A stretch of DNA of 44,895 bases from a virus. Taxonomy: Duplodnaviria > Caudoviricetes. The notes beneath the pieces were generated by a model that was not told where the DNA came from, searched no databases, and worked only from the letters and a program-made list of their open reading frames with translations. Positions 17,949-26,509 of this stretch are shown here, one piece after another. The translations under genes were made by a program, and so were the position numbers. The stretch spans positions 1 through 44,895 of IMG/VR virus record IMGVR_UViG_3300032608_000181. The stretch is one strand, 5' to 3'. Numbering within the stretch: position 1 is the stretch's first letter; each line of letters begins with the position of its first letter.

Positions 17949-18059
17949 GGCGATATCCTCCAACTCCAACACATATTTCTTAAGAATTTTTATCCAAAAT
18001 GGGTGAACACCTATACCAGCCATCATCTGACTAACTTCTATTGGTCTCAGTTTCAGCAT
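17856..18059 (-). CDS. Hypothetical protein reading into an attC-like site
   Basis: ORF; the tail ASQPVYAADS is the translated attC arm. Confidence 0.5.
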   Translation of the reverse strand: MLKLRPIEVSQMMAGIGVHPFWIKILKKYVLELEDIASQPVYAADSNPDPCEHFIDPNFCGAKNGFR

Positions 18060-18420
18060 CTTTTATCTCCTCAGTGCGTGGCCATGTATGCCCGCAATTC
18101 TCACAGCAGAGCACCGGTTCATTTTCACCGCATTTTGGGCACCGGATTTCTGTATCATTATTTATTAATCCCCCTAACGCTATAGTTTCGCTAATATCAC
18201 GGTTTAACCTATTTAAGTTCCTATGTTTTAGATATTTAAAAATGACTCGCAATTTTTCACGATCCAAACCAAGAGATGCAATAGGCTCATGTTGAGAAAT
18301 TAAGTAAGCACAATGTTCATCAAATTTAGCAAGTTCATATCGTGCAGTTGCATTTTCCATTTCTGCCGCCCATCTTGCACTTTTATCTTCCATAGAAAAT
18401 AAGATTGATAAATCATTCAT
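18031..18420 (-). CDS. Hypothetical protein with a C-terminal zinc ribbon
   Basis: CPKC...CENCGHTW; GGAGGT RBS. Confidence 0.65.
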   Translation of the reverse strand: MNDLSILFSMEDKSARWAAEMENATARYELAKFDEHCAYLISQHEPIASLGLDREKLRVIFKYLKHRNLNRLNRDISETIALGGLINNDTEIRCPKCGENEPVLCCENCGHTWPRTEEIKDAETETNRS

Positions 18421-18434
18421 AATAAACCTCCTTA

Positions 18435-18743
18435 TCAGTAAAGTTCGTGCGTATCAATACCCGTGAACTCAATTATAAGCTCTTGAATTGCTTTCCCTAT
18501 TTTCTCAGCTTTCTCTATTCTTTTAGCTTTATCCGTTTCTTTTTCCATGTGTTCCCATAGTTTCCACATGGTTGCATTCATGAATATTTTGAGGCAAGCA
18601 CGGAATGTTTCATCATTGTAAGAATATGGTGATGTAATACCTTCATCGACACGAACATCATGTTCCCATAATCCAGCCTCTAATTCTATTAATATATCAG
18701 TATAAGGATTCTTCATAGATTTCATCTTTTTCTCGTTAGTCAT
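18435..18743 (-). CDS. Hypothetical phage protein
   Basis: GGAGGG RBS. Confidence 0.65.
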   Translation of the reverse strand: MTNEKKMKSMKNPYTDILIELEAGLWEHDVRVDEGITSPYSYNDETFRACLKIFMNATMWKLWEHMEKETDKAKRIEKAEKIGKAIQELIIEFTGIDTHELY

Positions 18744-18956
18744 AGTTAGCCCCTCCTTTTTGATTTAATCGCACCCTGGTGGCGATATGGAGGTCTAAGG
18801 AGCAAAATACGCCTCTACCTCAGCCCTATTCTTAAACTTCCTACCATTCCCTGTCCGTAATAACATTTGAACACATTCTGAACAGATCAAGGAAATTGCG
18901 TTCCCATGTTTGTGATTATGCTTTTCTTTTTGCTGGCATATTAAGCAGGTCATAGA

Positions 18957-19484
18957 CTATTCTCTAAAACCCAATGCTTTTTGTAATTTATTTATTGTTC
19001 TTTGTTGGAAGCCTTCATCCCCATGTATTATCTGAGATACCCTTTGTTTACTAATTTCCATTATTTTTGTAAGGTCGGATTGAGTAATATTCTGTTCTGC
19101 CATAGCATCTTTGACTTTTTTTCTTATATCATTAGCATCCTTTTTTTTCAATCTCCTTACCTCAGTATTAATGATATAAGGTTTTCTGGGTTGGGGTGAC
19201 GGAACAGTCCATTGAATATTATATTCTGGTTTTATCTCCTCGATTAATATCTTCTCAATTTTCTTACGTTTATTCTTTGTAGTGTTGAAGAAAAACATAG
19301 GTTTATTATTAAATTCTTTTCTAATAGAATGATATCTTAGTCGAGAATCTAAATCTACGGTACTGCCAATATATATAATTGACCCATCATTCTCACATAT
19401 AAAATAAACGCCAATTGCTCTTGACTTATCATACCTTTTGAAATCAAAGTCTTTATTTTCGTTGATCAAATCGCTGATATTCAA
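18957..19484 (-). CDS. GIY-YIG nuclease domain fused to an XRE-type HTH
   Basis: GVYFI...IIYIGST.DL.SRL..H...E..LI....P.YN, then ITQSDL..IMEISKQRVSQI...LQKAL. Confidence 0.8.
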   Translation of the reverse strand: MNISDLINENKDFDFKRYDKSRAIGVYFICENDGSIIYIGSTVDLDSRLRYHSIRKEFNNKPMFFFNTTKNKRKKIEKILIEEIKPEYNIQWTVPSPQPRKPYIINTEVRRLKKKDANDIRKKVKDAMAEQNITQSDLTKIMEISKQRVSQIIHGDEGFQQRTINKLQKALGFRE

Positions 19485-19505
19485 TGTATTATCTCCTTTA
19501 TATGC

Positions 19506-19534
19506 AACCTACCAAAAAATAAAAGATATGTCAA
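19506..19534 (-). promoter_or_regulatory. Leftward sigma70 promoter
   Basis: TTGACA-17 nt-TAGGTT with a TGn extension. Confidence 0.6.
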
Positions 19535-19557
19535 GCATTATTTTCCTAAAAAAACCC

Positions 19558-19586
19558 TTGACAACGCTTTTCGGATATGCTAAAAA
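19558..19586 (+). promoter_or_regulatory. Rightward promoter candidate, back-to-back with the leftward one
   Basis: TTGACA-17 nt-TAAAAA with TGn; a second candidate TTGACA-15 nt-TATAGT lies at 19665-19691. Confidence 0.45.
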
Positions 19587-19694
19587 GGTAACCAAGCTCA
19601 AAAAACACATGCCCCACAGGATCAAGCTTAAAGCAAGTATCCGAAGCTGGCAGAACCTTTTGAGTTGACATAGATAACAATTTTGTATAGTAAC

Positions 19695-19706
19695 TGATCT
19701 TTGACA
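19695..19706 (+). promoter_or_regulatory. boxA-like antitermination element
   Basis: TGATCTTTGACA versus consensus TGCTCTTTAACA, at the head of a structured leader. Confidence 0.55.
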
Positions 19707-20172
19707 TGCTGGCAGTGGTGGAGGTGGTAAGTGTGTAGCCAGTAAGTGAAACCAGATGTTAATGAGGCCGCTTACCATTTGGATAGACGCAGGAGGCACC
19801 TGGTGGGTGTGTAGGCCCCTTGCGACATTATCAGTAATGATGTAGCCGAATATGGGATGGCCTTCTGGTAAAGCAGTGACCCCACCATGCAGGTTCGAAT
19901 CCTGCAATTCCTTCACAAGAGGGATTTGGCGAAATCTATCATTGCCAGCAAATAATGTGTGTGCCTGGCAAAAGCCTGAGCATAGGAAAATGATGGCAAT
20001 AGGGACATAAGCGAGTAGGCTGGTGAGGACTATGCCCGATTCCAGATTCGCCACTGTCGGCCCGCTATCAACCCGCATGGGCACACTTAAACTTCGTGGG
20101 CGATCTTGTCAACCTTTTAACATTACAAGAACCCCCGGAAATGGTTCTCGATAATAAAGGAACATCGCCCAC
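19707..20172 (+). ncRNA. Cluster of structured RNA domains including a tRNA-like T-arm
   Basis: Closing stems 19707-21/19936-50, 19959-67/20078-86 and 20096-104/20164-72; G-U pairs point to the plus strand; GCAGGTTCGAATCCTGC at 19889-19905. Confidence 0.65.
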
Positions 20173-20193
20173 ATATAACTTAAGGGGGATTAA

Positions 20194-20406
20194 ATGGCAA
20201 GCTGTGAAAAATGTTGGGAAAATGCTTTCATGAGGAGCTTAGAAGATCGTAGTAAAGCTCAATATGAGCATTACAATGATCTTCTGGAAGAACGAAAAGA
20301 TAACCCTTGCAGCCCAAAAGAGCAAGCTGGACAATGGTGGGACGAGGAAAAACAAATAGATGAAAGAGCTATTGTAACTCCCGATATCGGGAAGGAGTCT
20401 AAATAA
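20194..20406 (+). CDS. Hypothetical protein
   Basis: AAGGGGG RBS; CEKC motif. Confidence 0.6.
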   Translation: MASCEKCWENAFMRSLEDRSKAQYEHYNDLLEERKDNPCSPKEQAGQWWDEEKQIDERAIVTPDIGKESK

Positions 20407-20529
20407 TGGGAGAATTAGAGAGGGAATTTGAGGCGTCTCGGGAACTAAGGGAAGAACAAAGAAGGATGCAGGAAGCCCTGGAAGAGAAAGAAAGGGAGCT
20501 CATACTGGAAACTCAGGAGGGACAGGAGA

Positions 20530-20772
20530 ATGGACAGGAATAGGGACTATCTGAGGGGATGGACTACCAACAATGAGGTAGCTTTTATTGATGGGTTAAT
20601 TAGTGGAAAATACCTGGAAGGTAAAGTACTGAACAAGACACCTATAGACTTACTGACTGGCTACATCCGACACGCTAAGAATCGCAAAAGATGGGATACA
20701 TTTGCGGATAACTCCGACCCAGATGAGATTATAAAATATGCTCAAGGATTATTAGATAAATTGAATGGGTGA
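20530..20772 (+). CDS. Hypothetical protein
   Basis: AGGAG RBS. Confidence 0.6.
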   Translation: MDRNRDYLRGWTTNNEVAFIDGLISGKYLEGKVLNKTPIDLLTGYIRHAKNRKRWDTFADNSDPDEIIKYAQGLLDKLNG

Positions 20773-20787
20773 TATAAGGAGATAATC

Positions 20788-21840
20788 ATGCTTGCTGAAT
20801 TAATACCTAAAGTAGCTGAAATGACAAACGAAGAAGAACATCCTTTTTATCCTCGCCCAAGCAGTGCAGGGCCGGAGCGGTGCATAAGACAGATGGTCTA
20901 TCATGGCCTAAATACACCCCGCAAACCTCTCCCAGGGAGAGCGATAATAATTTTCTCTGATTCGTCTTTCCATGAGGATTTGACTGCTGATTGGATAAGA
21001 AAAACTGCTTTCAGGTTACACTCAGAGCAAATGAAAGTCAGTTGTCGTCCTCCAATGAAAGAAGGAAGTATAGACGGGATTGTAACAGATATGCTTGGTG
21101 TTGATACGTTATTAGAACATAAGGCCTTAAACCACTTCACGTTTCAGAGATATTGGAACGGTGAACTGCTCTTAGATTATCTCACACAAACAGCTATTTA
21201 TACTGATGCTATTCAAAGGGAAATAAACCCTGAACTGAATGAGGCAATCCTATTAATCAAAAATAAAAATACGGCCCAATATTTAGAGTTCTTATGCCGT
21301 TATAATTCTATTGCTGATGAATTAATAATCCTTGAAAAGACACACTCCAACGGTGAATCTGAGAAACTTGACATCACTATTGATAAGCCAGTCACTAAGG
21401 CTTGTGAGAAGTTTAATCAAGTTCTTGATTACATTGAAAAGCAGACACTACCAAAAAGGCAGTATGAGATTGACTCATGGAGATGTGAATATTGTGGCTG
21501 GGGGACTACCTGCTGGCAAGGCTATGAAAAAGAGTATGCGGAACTAAAAACAGACGCTATGCTCCCAAATGAGGTTGCAGACCTCGTTCATTATTATAAG
21601 GAATCCGGTGCTCATATTAACGAAATGAAAAAAGAGTATGAAGGGCTTAAAACTAACATTAAGGATTTCATGAAAGAAGCTGAGGCCAGAGAAGGTCGGG
21701 CTGGTAAGTACCTTGTTAAACTCAAACTCAAGGAAACAGCAAGTATAGATAAGAGCTTATTAACTGAACAGGAGAGGGAGAGGGTCACTAAGAAAGGTTT
21801 TAAGGAGAGAATGTCAATATCAAAGATAAAGGGGGTATGA
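20788..21840 (+). CDS. Cas4-like PD-(D/E)XK phage exonuclease
   Basis: RPSSAG..RCIRQ, FHE, GSIDG...LLEHK, Y..Q...Y, and WRCEYC.W...C. Confidence 0.85.
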   Translation: MLAELIPKVAEMTNEEEHPFYPRPSSAGPERCIRQMVYHGLNTPRKPLPGRAIIIFSDSSFHEDLTADWIRKTAFRLHSEQMKVSCRPPMKEGSIDGIVTDMLGVDTLLEHKALNHFTFQRYWNGELLLDYLTQTAIYTDAIQREINPELNEAILLIKNKNTAQYLEFLCRYNSIADELIILEKTHSNGESEKLDITIDKPVTKACEKFNQVLDYIEKQTLPKRQYEIDSWRCEYCGWGTTCWQGYEKEYAELKTDAMLPNEVADLVHYYKESGAHINEMKKEYEGLKTNIKDFMKEAEAREGRAGKYLVKLKLKETASIDKSLLTEQERERVTKKGFKERMSISKIKGV

Positions 21841-21846
21841 TGATCC

Positions 21847-22071
21847 TTGGAGGGAATTATGAATGATAAAAAAATAAAGATTTTAAAAATGGTAGCAGAG
21901 GATATGAAAAATGATGCGGAAAATTTTGATGGCAGACCTTTCAATGGGAGAACAGTTGCAGAATATTTTGGGAAGCAAGGTGCGGCAATAGCAGCATTAG
22001 CAAATATTATACGATCAATTTTAGAAGAAGCAAATGATAAACCTGCACAACCAGAAGATTCACTCGACTGA
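21847..22071 (+). CDS. Hypothetical protein ending in an attC-like site
   Basis: GGAGGG RBS favours the MNDKK start. Confidence 0.6.
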   Translation: MEGIMNDKKIKILKMVAEDMKNDAENFDGRPFNGRTVAEYFGKQGAAIAALANIIRSILEEANDKPAQPEDSLD

Positions 22072-22098
22072 CAAAAGTGAGTGATCTTCACGTTAGCA
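22045..22098 (+). mobile_element. attC-like site (54 bp)
   Basis: GCACAAC-CAGAA-GATTCACTCGACT-GACAAA-AGTGAGTGATC-TTCAC-GTTAGCA. Confidence 0.7.
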
Positions 22099-22120
22099 AT
22101 CTTACAAAAGGAGGCATAAA

Positions 22121-23164
22121 ATGACTTTCAAACAAGGAGTTACTCGTATAAACGGTTTATCTGATCGGCGTCGTTTACCAAGGCTGGGTGTTATTCGATT
22201 GGGCATTAAGGCTCAATCAGAAAAATCAGGCAAGGAGTATCCGGTAGAGACTGATTACTTTGTCGTGCCGGATGAAGTAGCGGAAATATATGGCGGAAAA
22301 CCAAAAGAATTAGATGTTATGCTTCCGCTTAACGAAATTGAGGCAGTTTTTCCCCAGGCCTATAAATATTATGGTTCTTCAAAAGGACTGAAATGTCAAG
22401 GGGATGGAAATGTTTCTTATCGTATCAACTCTGAAACAAAAACAATGGAAGAAGGCGAATGTCCATGTGACTTATTAGAAGAGGGTAAATGCAAGCAATC
22501 AGGGACGCTTATGGTGATATTACCCAAAGTATCTGTTGGAGGAATATACCAGATCCGAACAAGTTCGTTTAATTCAATTGTAGACGTAAACTCTGGACTT
22601 GATTATGTGCAGGCATTATTAGGTCGTTTTGCTCTTGTACCTTTAACGCTACGAAGGGTTAAGACGGAAACACATCATGATGAGAAAAAGCAGAATCATT
22701 ATACATTGCAAATCATCTTTGATGGTGATATCAATACACTAAATGCATTAAGGAGCGATAACAATAGAATCCTTGAAGGGCCTCGTTATCAGCTTCCTGC
22801 GCCTGTTGAGCAAAACCCTGAATTAGAGCCTGTTGATATTATAGTTGATGAAGAAGCAGAGATAATCAATGGAGATGTAGTAAAGGAAGAACTTAAACCT
22901 AACCCCCTACCTACTAAAGTGACCCAGCAAGTGACCCCGCAAGACAAACCAGTATCAGGAGTAAAAATTGTAACCAATGATTTCAAATTTCTCAACGAAG
23001 TTAAACGGCTCAAAATGATAGCTAAAACGAAGGACAGTAACCTCGAAGGGTATTATAACTGCCTGGGCGTGCACGGCTTTGAACATTCTAATGAAATAAC
23101 TGATCGTAAGGATCAGGAAGCGTTTTATAGTGACCTTAAAAAGTATTGTATGGAAACTCCATAG
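22121..23164 (+). CDS. gp3-like (recombination directionality factor-like) protein
   Basis: RLPRLG.IRLG...YP.ETDYF...C.GDG...CPC....CK..G.L...GGIY...TSSFNS. Confidence 0.75.
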   Translation: MTFKQGVTRINGLSDRRRLPRLGVIRLGIKAQSEKSGKEYPVETDYFVVPDEVAEIYGGKPKELDVMLPLNEIEAVFPQAYKYYGSSKGLKCQGDGNVSYRINSETKTMEEGECPCDLLEEGKCKQSGTLMVILPKVSVGGIYQIRTSSFNSIVDVNSGLDYVQALLGRFALVPLTLRRVKTETHHDEKKQNHYTLQIIFDGDINTLNALRSDNNRILEGPRYQLPAPVEQNPELEPVDIIVDEEAEIINGDVVKEELKPNPLPTKVTQQVTPQDKPVSGVKIVTNDFKFLNEVKRLKMIAKTKDSNLEGYYNCLGVHGFEHSNEITDRKDQEAFYSDLKKYCMETP

Positions 23165-23255
23165 CTTTTTTCATTGCTCACCTCCTTTTTTGAACGGGTT
23201 ACCCATCGCCCCTTCCCAGTCTGGCACATTTGACAAATAAGGGGCATTTAAAATC

Positions 23256-23555
23256 ATGAAAACATTTAGATCAGACTCAGATAATGATGGTCTTATATCT
23301 TTTCTCCCAACAATCCTAATACGTACCAAAAGAAAAGATTTTAGTGTTGGTTTTTGGTGGGGACCTTGGTGTATAGATTTCGGTTGGTGGAATAGAAAAA
23401 CAATGGGAACACTTAAAGCCATACTAACCCCATACATAATCGTTGTCGTCTTTATGATACTGGTATCTGCTGGTGTCCTGTTAATCTTTACCTACGGTGT
23501 ATGGCTGATATGCGACTGGTGGGAAAAGTCAAGATTGATAGTGCCGTGTGCATAG
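23256..23555 (+). CDS. Membrane hypothetical protein
   Basis: Hydrophobic C-terminal helix. Confidence 0.5.
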   Translation: MKTFRSDSDNDGLISFLPTILIRTKRKDFSVGFWWGPWCIDFGWWNRKTMGTLKAILTPYIIVVVFMILVSAGVLLIFTYGVWLICDWWEKSRLIVPCA

Positions 23556-23582
23556 GAATAGCTAATATCAAGGAGATATCAA

Positions 23583-23795
23583 ATGTATTTACCGAAACGT
23601 TTTAATATGACAAAGCGAGAATTTCAGAGACAAAAGCGTATGCAGTTCAAGAATTTATGTCGATATATAGAAATTACTAACATTGTAAATGATTGCGCAT
23701 ACCTTCCGAAAGAACAGTATGCCAAACTTATAAAGGGACTTGACCTTATTTATGAGGCCAGAGATGAATTACGCTCTTGGTGGAAATGGGCATAA
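23583..23795 (+). CDS. Hypothetical protein; stop lies in a half attC (GCATAAC)
   Basis: AAGGAG RBS; followed by CAATC-ATCGCACTCGAC (left arm only). Confidence 0.6.
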   Translation: MYLPKRFNMTKREFQRQKRMQFKNLCRYIEITNIVNDCAYLPKEQYAKLIKGLDLIYEARDELRSWWKWA

Positions 23796-23832
23796 CCAAT
23801 CATCGCACTCGACGTCGGGAAAGGAGAAAACC

Positions 23833-24090
23833 ATGAAACGAAAATTAAAAAAGATTGTACTAAAAAAGTACGAGAAAGACACCTTGCAAGTTCATGTTGA
23901 TAGGAAGCACGAATCTTATGTAGCGTTCCAGTTAGCAGCACGCTTCGCAAGAGACGCAGAAATTGACCTTTTGAACAACGTTAAACACATGTTCCCCATA
24001 ATGAATGATAAAGAAGCTATGGCAACCTTGAAACACCCTAAAGTGGGTCCGTGGACAATCGAGTATTATGAACATGAGGAAGATAAATGA
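23833..24090 (+). CDS. Hypothetical protein (start MKRKLK)
   Basis: AAGGAG RBS. Confidence 0.6.
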   Translation: MKRKLKKIVLKKYEKDTLQVHVDRKHESYVAFQLAARFARDAEIDLLNNVKHMFPIMNDKEAMATLKHPKVGPWTIEYYEHEEDK

Positions 24091-24305
24091 CAATTAAACA
24101 GCTTATAGCATTTATAGCAGTTGCTTGGACGTTTACTTTCGTTGTGTGGGGCATTACTGTAGTAAGTCATAACACAGTAGAGAGGGTAACAGCTATTGAA
24201 AAGGTGGTAAAAGTAGAGGTATCTGATAGTAGTTACATTCCAACTATCGCAAAATGCGATACCACATCATTCATAGCGGATGTTAAGCTAATATCATTGA
24301 ATTAA
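24087..24305 (+). CDS. Small membrane or secreted protein
   Basis: N-terminal TM helix; ATGA overlap. Confidence 0.55.
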   Translation: MTIKQLIAFIAVAWTFTFVVWGITVVSHNTVERVTAIEKVVKVEVSDSSYIPTIAKCDTTSFIADVKLISLN

Positions 24306-24466
24306 AGCATAACATGTAATGGTTAGGAGTTTATTATGAATATAAAAAAAATAAAATATGATCTACTTCTTGATATTTTAAATCGACGACCAATATTATT
24401 CCAAGGGAATATTCCTATTGGTTATAAAAAGTTAGAGGAAGTCGAAATTAAATTAATATATAAACC

Positions 24467-24523
24467 ATCTAACCAACCAGTGCAGCCGACCGAGAACCAC
24501 GGCGGCTGACTTCAGCGTTAGAC
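24467..24523 (+). mobile_element. attC-like site (57 bp, canonical)
   Basis: ATCTAAC-CAACC-AGTGCAGCCGACCG-AGAACCA-CGGCGGCTGACT-TCAGC-GTTAGAC. Confidence 0.8.
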
Positions 24524-24594
24524 ACCTAAAAGAAACCCCACTAACCCCGTCAATTCAGGACAGGATTTAAAGTGGGGTCGTCTCCAAGATACTA

Positions 24595-25581
24595 TCAAGG
24601 ATTAGTTATAAAAGAACCACGTATGCTATGGAAAGCATCTTGCTCATTAATTCCGGTATAAATTAGCACAAAATCCAAACCATCAGAATCAAGGCTTGAC
24701 CATCTTTGGCTAAAGTTCCAGAAGAAACCTTCCTCTCCGATACCAGTTCCGCTATAGAATTCAGTAAATGGCCCCCACGGATTGTCAGCTTGAAGCAATA
24801 AAAGATTGCCCTTCATTATTTGACTATGTTGTGTAGCCATAACGTACTTGTTAAGATCCTTGAAGTAGGTTACACTGCAATGGTCAAGGGCACTGCCGGT
24901 TAAAACTGGTTGCTTGGCATTTATATCGTTTGACCAGGTATCGTCCCCTGCAAAGAACTCCCAATATGATTGTTCCAAAATGTGGTCCTTATGAGCCCGA
25001 AAGCAATATATAGCATTCAGATCATTGGAACCAGCATAAGAATACACGTAATCATCTTGTGCATCCTCGTAGTTCATACCTGCCTGTAGAAAAGTGGGGC
25101 AGTGAAAGCCATTATCTTTAGTAAAATACCAATAGCAAATTGCCCAGCTTGCACTCCAATCAGTTGATAGGTAAAGCCTCGACCTATTCCAAGAATCCTG
25201 CATAGAACCCCATTCTCCAACCCACATAAAGATAGCTCCATTGACTCCCAAAATACCATAGGATTTACCATTGCCTTCCCGCCATAAATCCATGTAAGTT
25301 GGATTATCAAAGTCCCCTACAATAGCAGATACTCCAAGCGAAGTTTTAGAGCCATCCTCATCAAAGCCCCAGCCATCGCCCCAGGTCGTGTACTGAGCAC
25401 CGTTGGCCGCCAAGGTGGTAGCGAAATTATCGCTACCCTCGGCAGCTTTCTTAACTGTTGACCAATTAAGAGTTATCCCTGTTAAAGTAACTGGATCAGG
25501 CGTATGTGGTATAGGCGGTACTCCATCACCATTACAAGCAAGTAGAAAAAGCATCATCAAAAACGTATCTACTAATTTCAT
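24595..25581 (-). CDS. Lipoprotein, DUF4185-like beta-propeller
   Basis: Lipobox LLAC; GSDNF..T......YTTWGDGWGF; PTFLQAG.NY..A.DDYVY; ADNPWGPF. Confidence 0.7.
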   Translation of the reverse strand: MKLVDTFLMMLFLLACNGDGVPPIPHTPDPVTLTGITLNWSTVKKAAEGSDNFATTLAANGAQYTTWGDGWGFDEDGSKTSLGVSAIVGDFDNPTYMDLWREGNGKSYGILGVNGAIFMWVGEWGSMQDSWNRSRLYLSTDWSASWAICYWYFTKDNGFHCPTFLQAGMNYEDAQDDYVYSYAGSNDLNAIYCFRAHKDHILEQSYWEFFAGDDTWSNDINAKQPVLTGSALDHCSVTYFKDLNKYVMATQHSQIMKGNLLLLQADNPWGPFTEFYSGTGIGEEGFFWNFSQRWSSLDSDGLDFVLIYTGINEQDAFHSIRGSFITNP

Positions 25582-25864
25582 TTTTTTATCTCCTATCTTT
25601 TAGCTTCATAATCGGAAATACAATCACCGCCTGGATTATCAGACGGTGAAAGAGTTCCTCCTACCATTGGTAGATGATGGACATTATTCTTCATAATCGA
25701 AAATCTTGTCACAAACACCCAGTACCCAATCGTCCCATTCAACATCAGGATCACCGATTGCTTTAATGAGTAAGTCCCTAAGAACCATCTTATAAAGCGT
25801 TTTTGCTACAGTCCAATATAATGCTAATTTCATCTTCTTTTCTCCTTATCTAAAGTGTTAATAA

Positions 25865-26509
25865 TTACCACCTAAATACCAATGAAGCTCCAATTACGCC
25901 ACCTGACCAATCTTTATTTACCACAAATTCGTGAAAAGCTCCTGGATGCAATCCCTTAATGTTAGCACTTATCCTATCTTTGAGATTCAAGTATCTCCAG
26001 CCTGCCAATAAATCCAAGTTAATCCAACTTAAAATTGGTATAGTCCAGTTCGCCTCGATCCCACCCCCAAAATTACCATTGATTTCATAGTCACAAGTGC
26101 TCTCGATGTAATCAATATCACCACCGGCCCAATGCTCTACGGGGTATGTATAGGCATGCATCTGTCTGTAAATGGCCTCCTGGTAGGTATTTCTGTAGCT
26201 CTTGACCGGCATATAGTAACCACCCTTGATGGCAACTGAAAGATTATCAACCAGCTCTATTCTGTAACCAAGGCCCGCGCTTAACAGGGATATATTCATA
26301 CATTCTTGACCAACGTATCTCAGCATAGATTCCTCATAAGATAACCAGCTAAGTATCCCCTCATGGCTTGCCTCAAGTTCTATACCGCCAGTTGTACTTA
26401 GATCATCCGCATTGGGGAATGTTGCCTTATAAGACAGATTTATCTCAAAGGCATTAGCAAAGCACGGGAACAAAAATACCACTAAAAATATTGCAATATA
26501 TTTTTTCAT
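25865..26509 (-). CDS. Outer-membrane beta-barrel protein
   Basis: Signal peptide (ANA-F), alternating beta-strands, C-terminal aromatic (LVFRW). Confidence 0.75.
   Translation of the reverse strand: MKKYIAIFLVVFLFPCFANAFEINLSYKATFPNADDLSTTGGIELEASHEGILSWLSYEESMLRYVGQECMNISLLSAGLGYRIELVDNLSVAIKGGYYMPVKSYRNTYQEAIYRQMHAYTYPVEHWAGGDIDYIESTCDYEINGNFGGGIEANWTIPILSWINLDLLAGWRYLNLKDRISANIKGLHPGAFHEFVVNKDWSGGVIGASLVFRW

Noticed and set aside
19726-19780. Possible hammerhead ribozyme (GAAA ... TTAATGAG)
   Set aside because: Only about 7 nt lie between the motifs, too few for stems I and III.
19509-20084. 191-aa minus-strand ORF
   Set aside because: No clear RBS or recognisable motif; it overlaps promoters and a region whose G-U pairing indicates a plus-strand RNA.
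20788-21840. Cas4-like gene as evidence of a CRISPR-Cas system
   Set aside because: No repeat-spacer array or other cas genes are visible; solo Cas4-like exonucleases are common in phage recombination modules.
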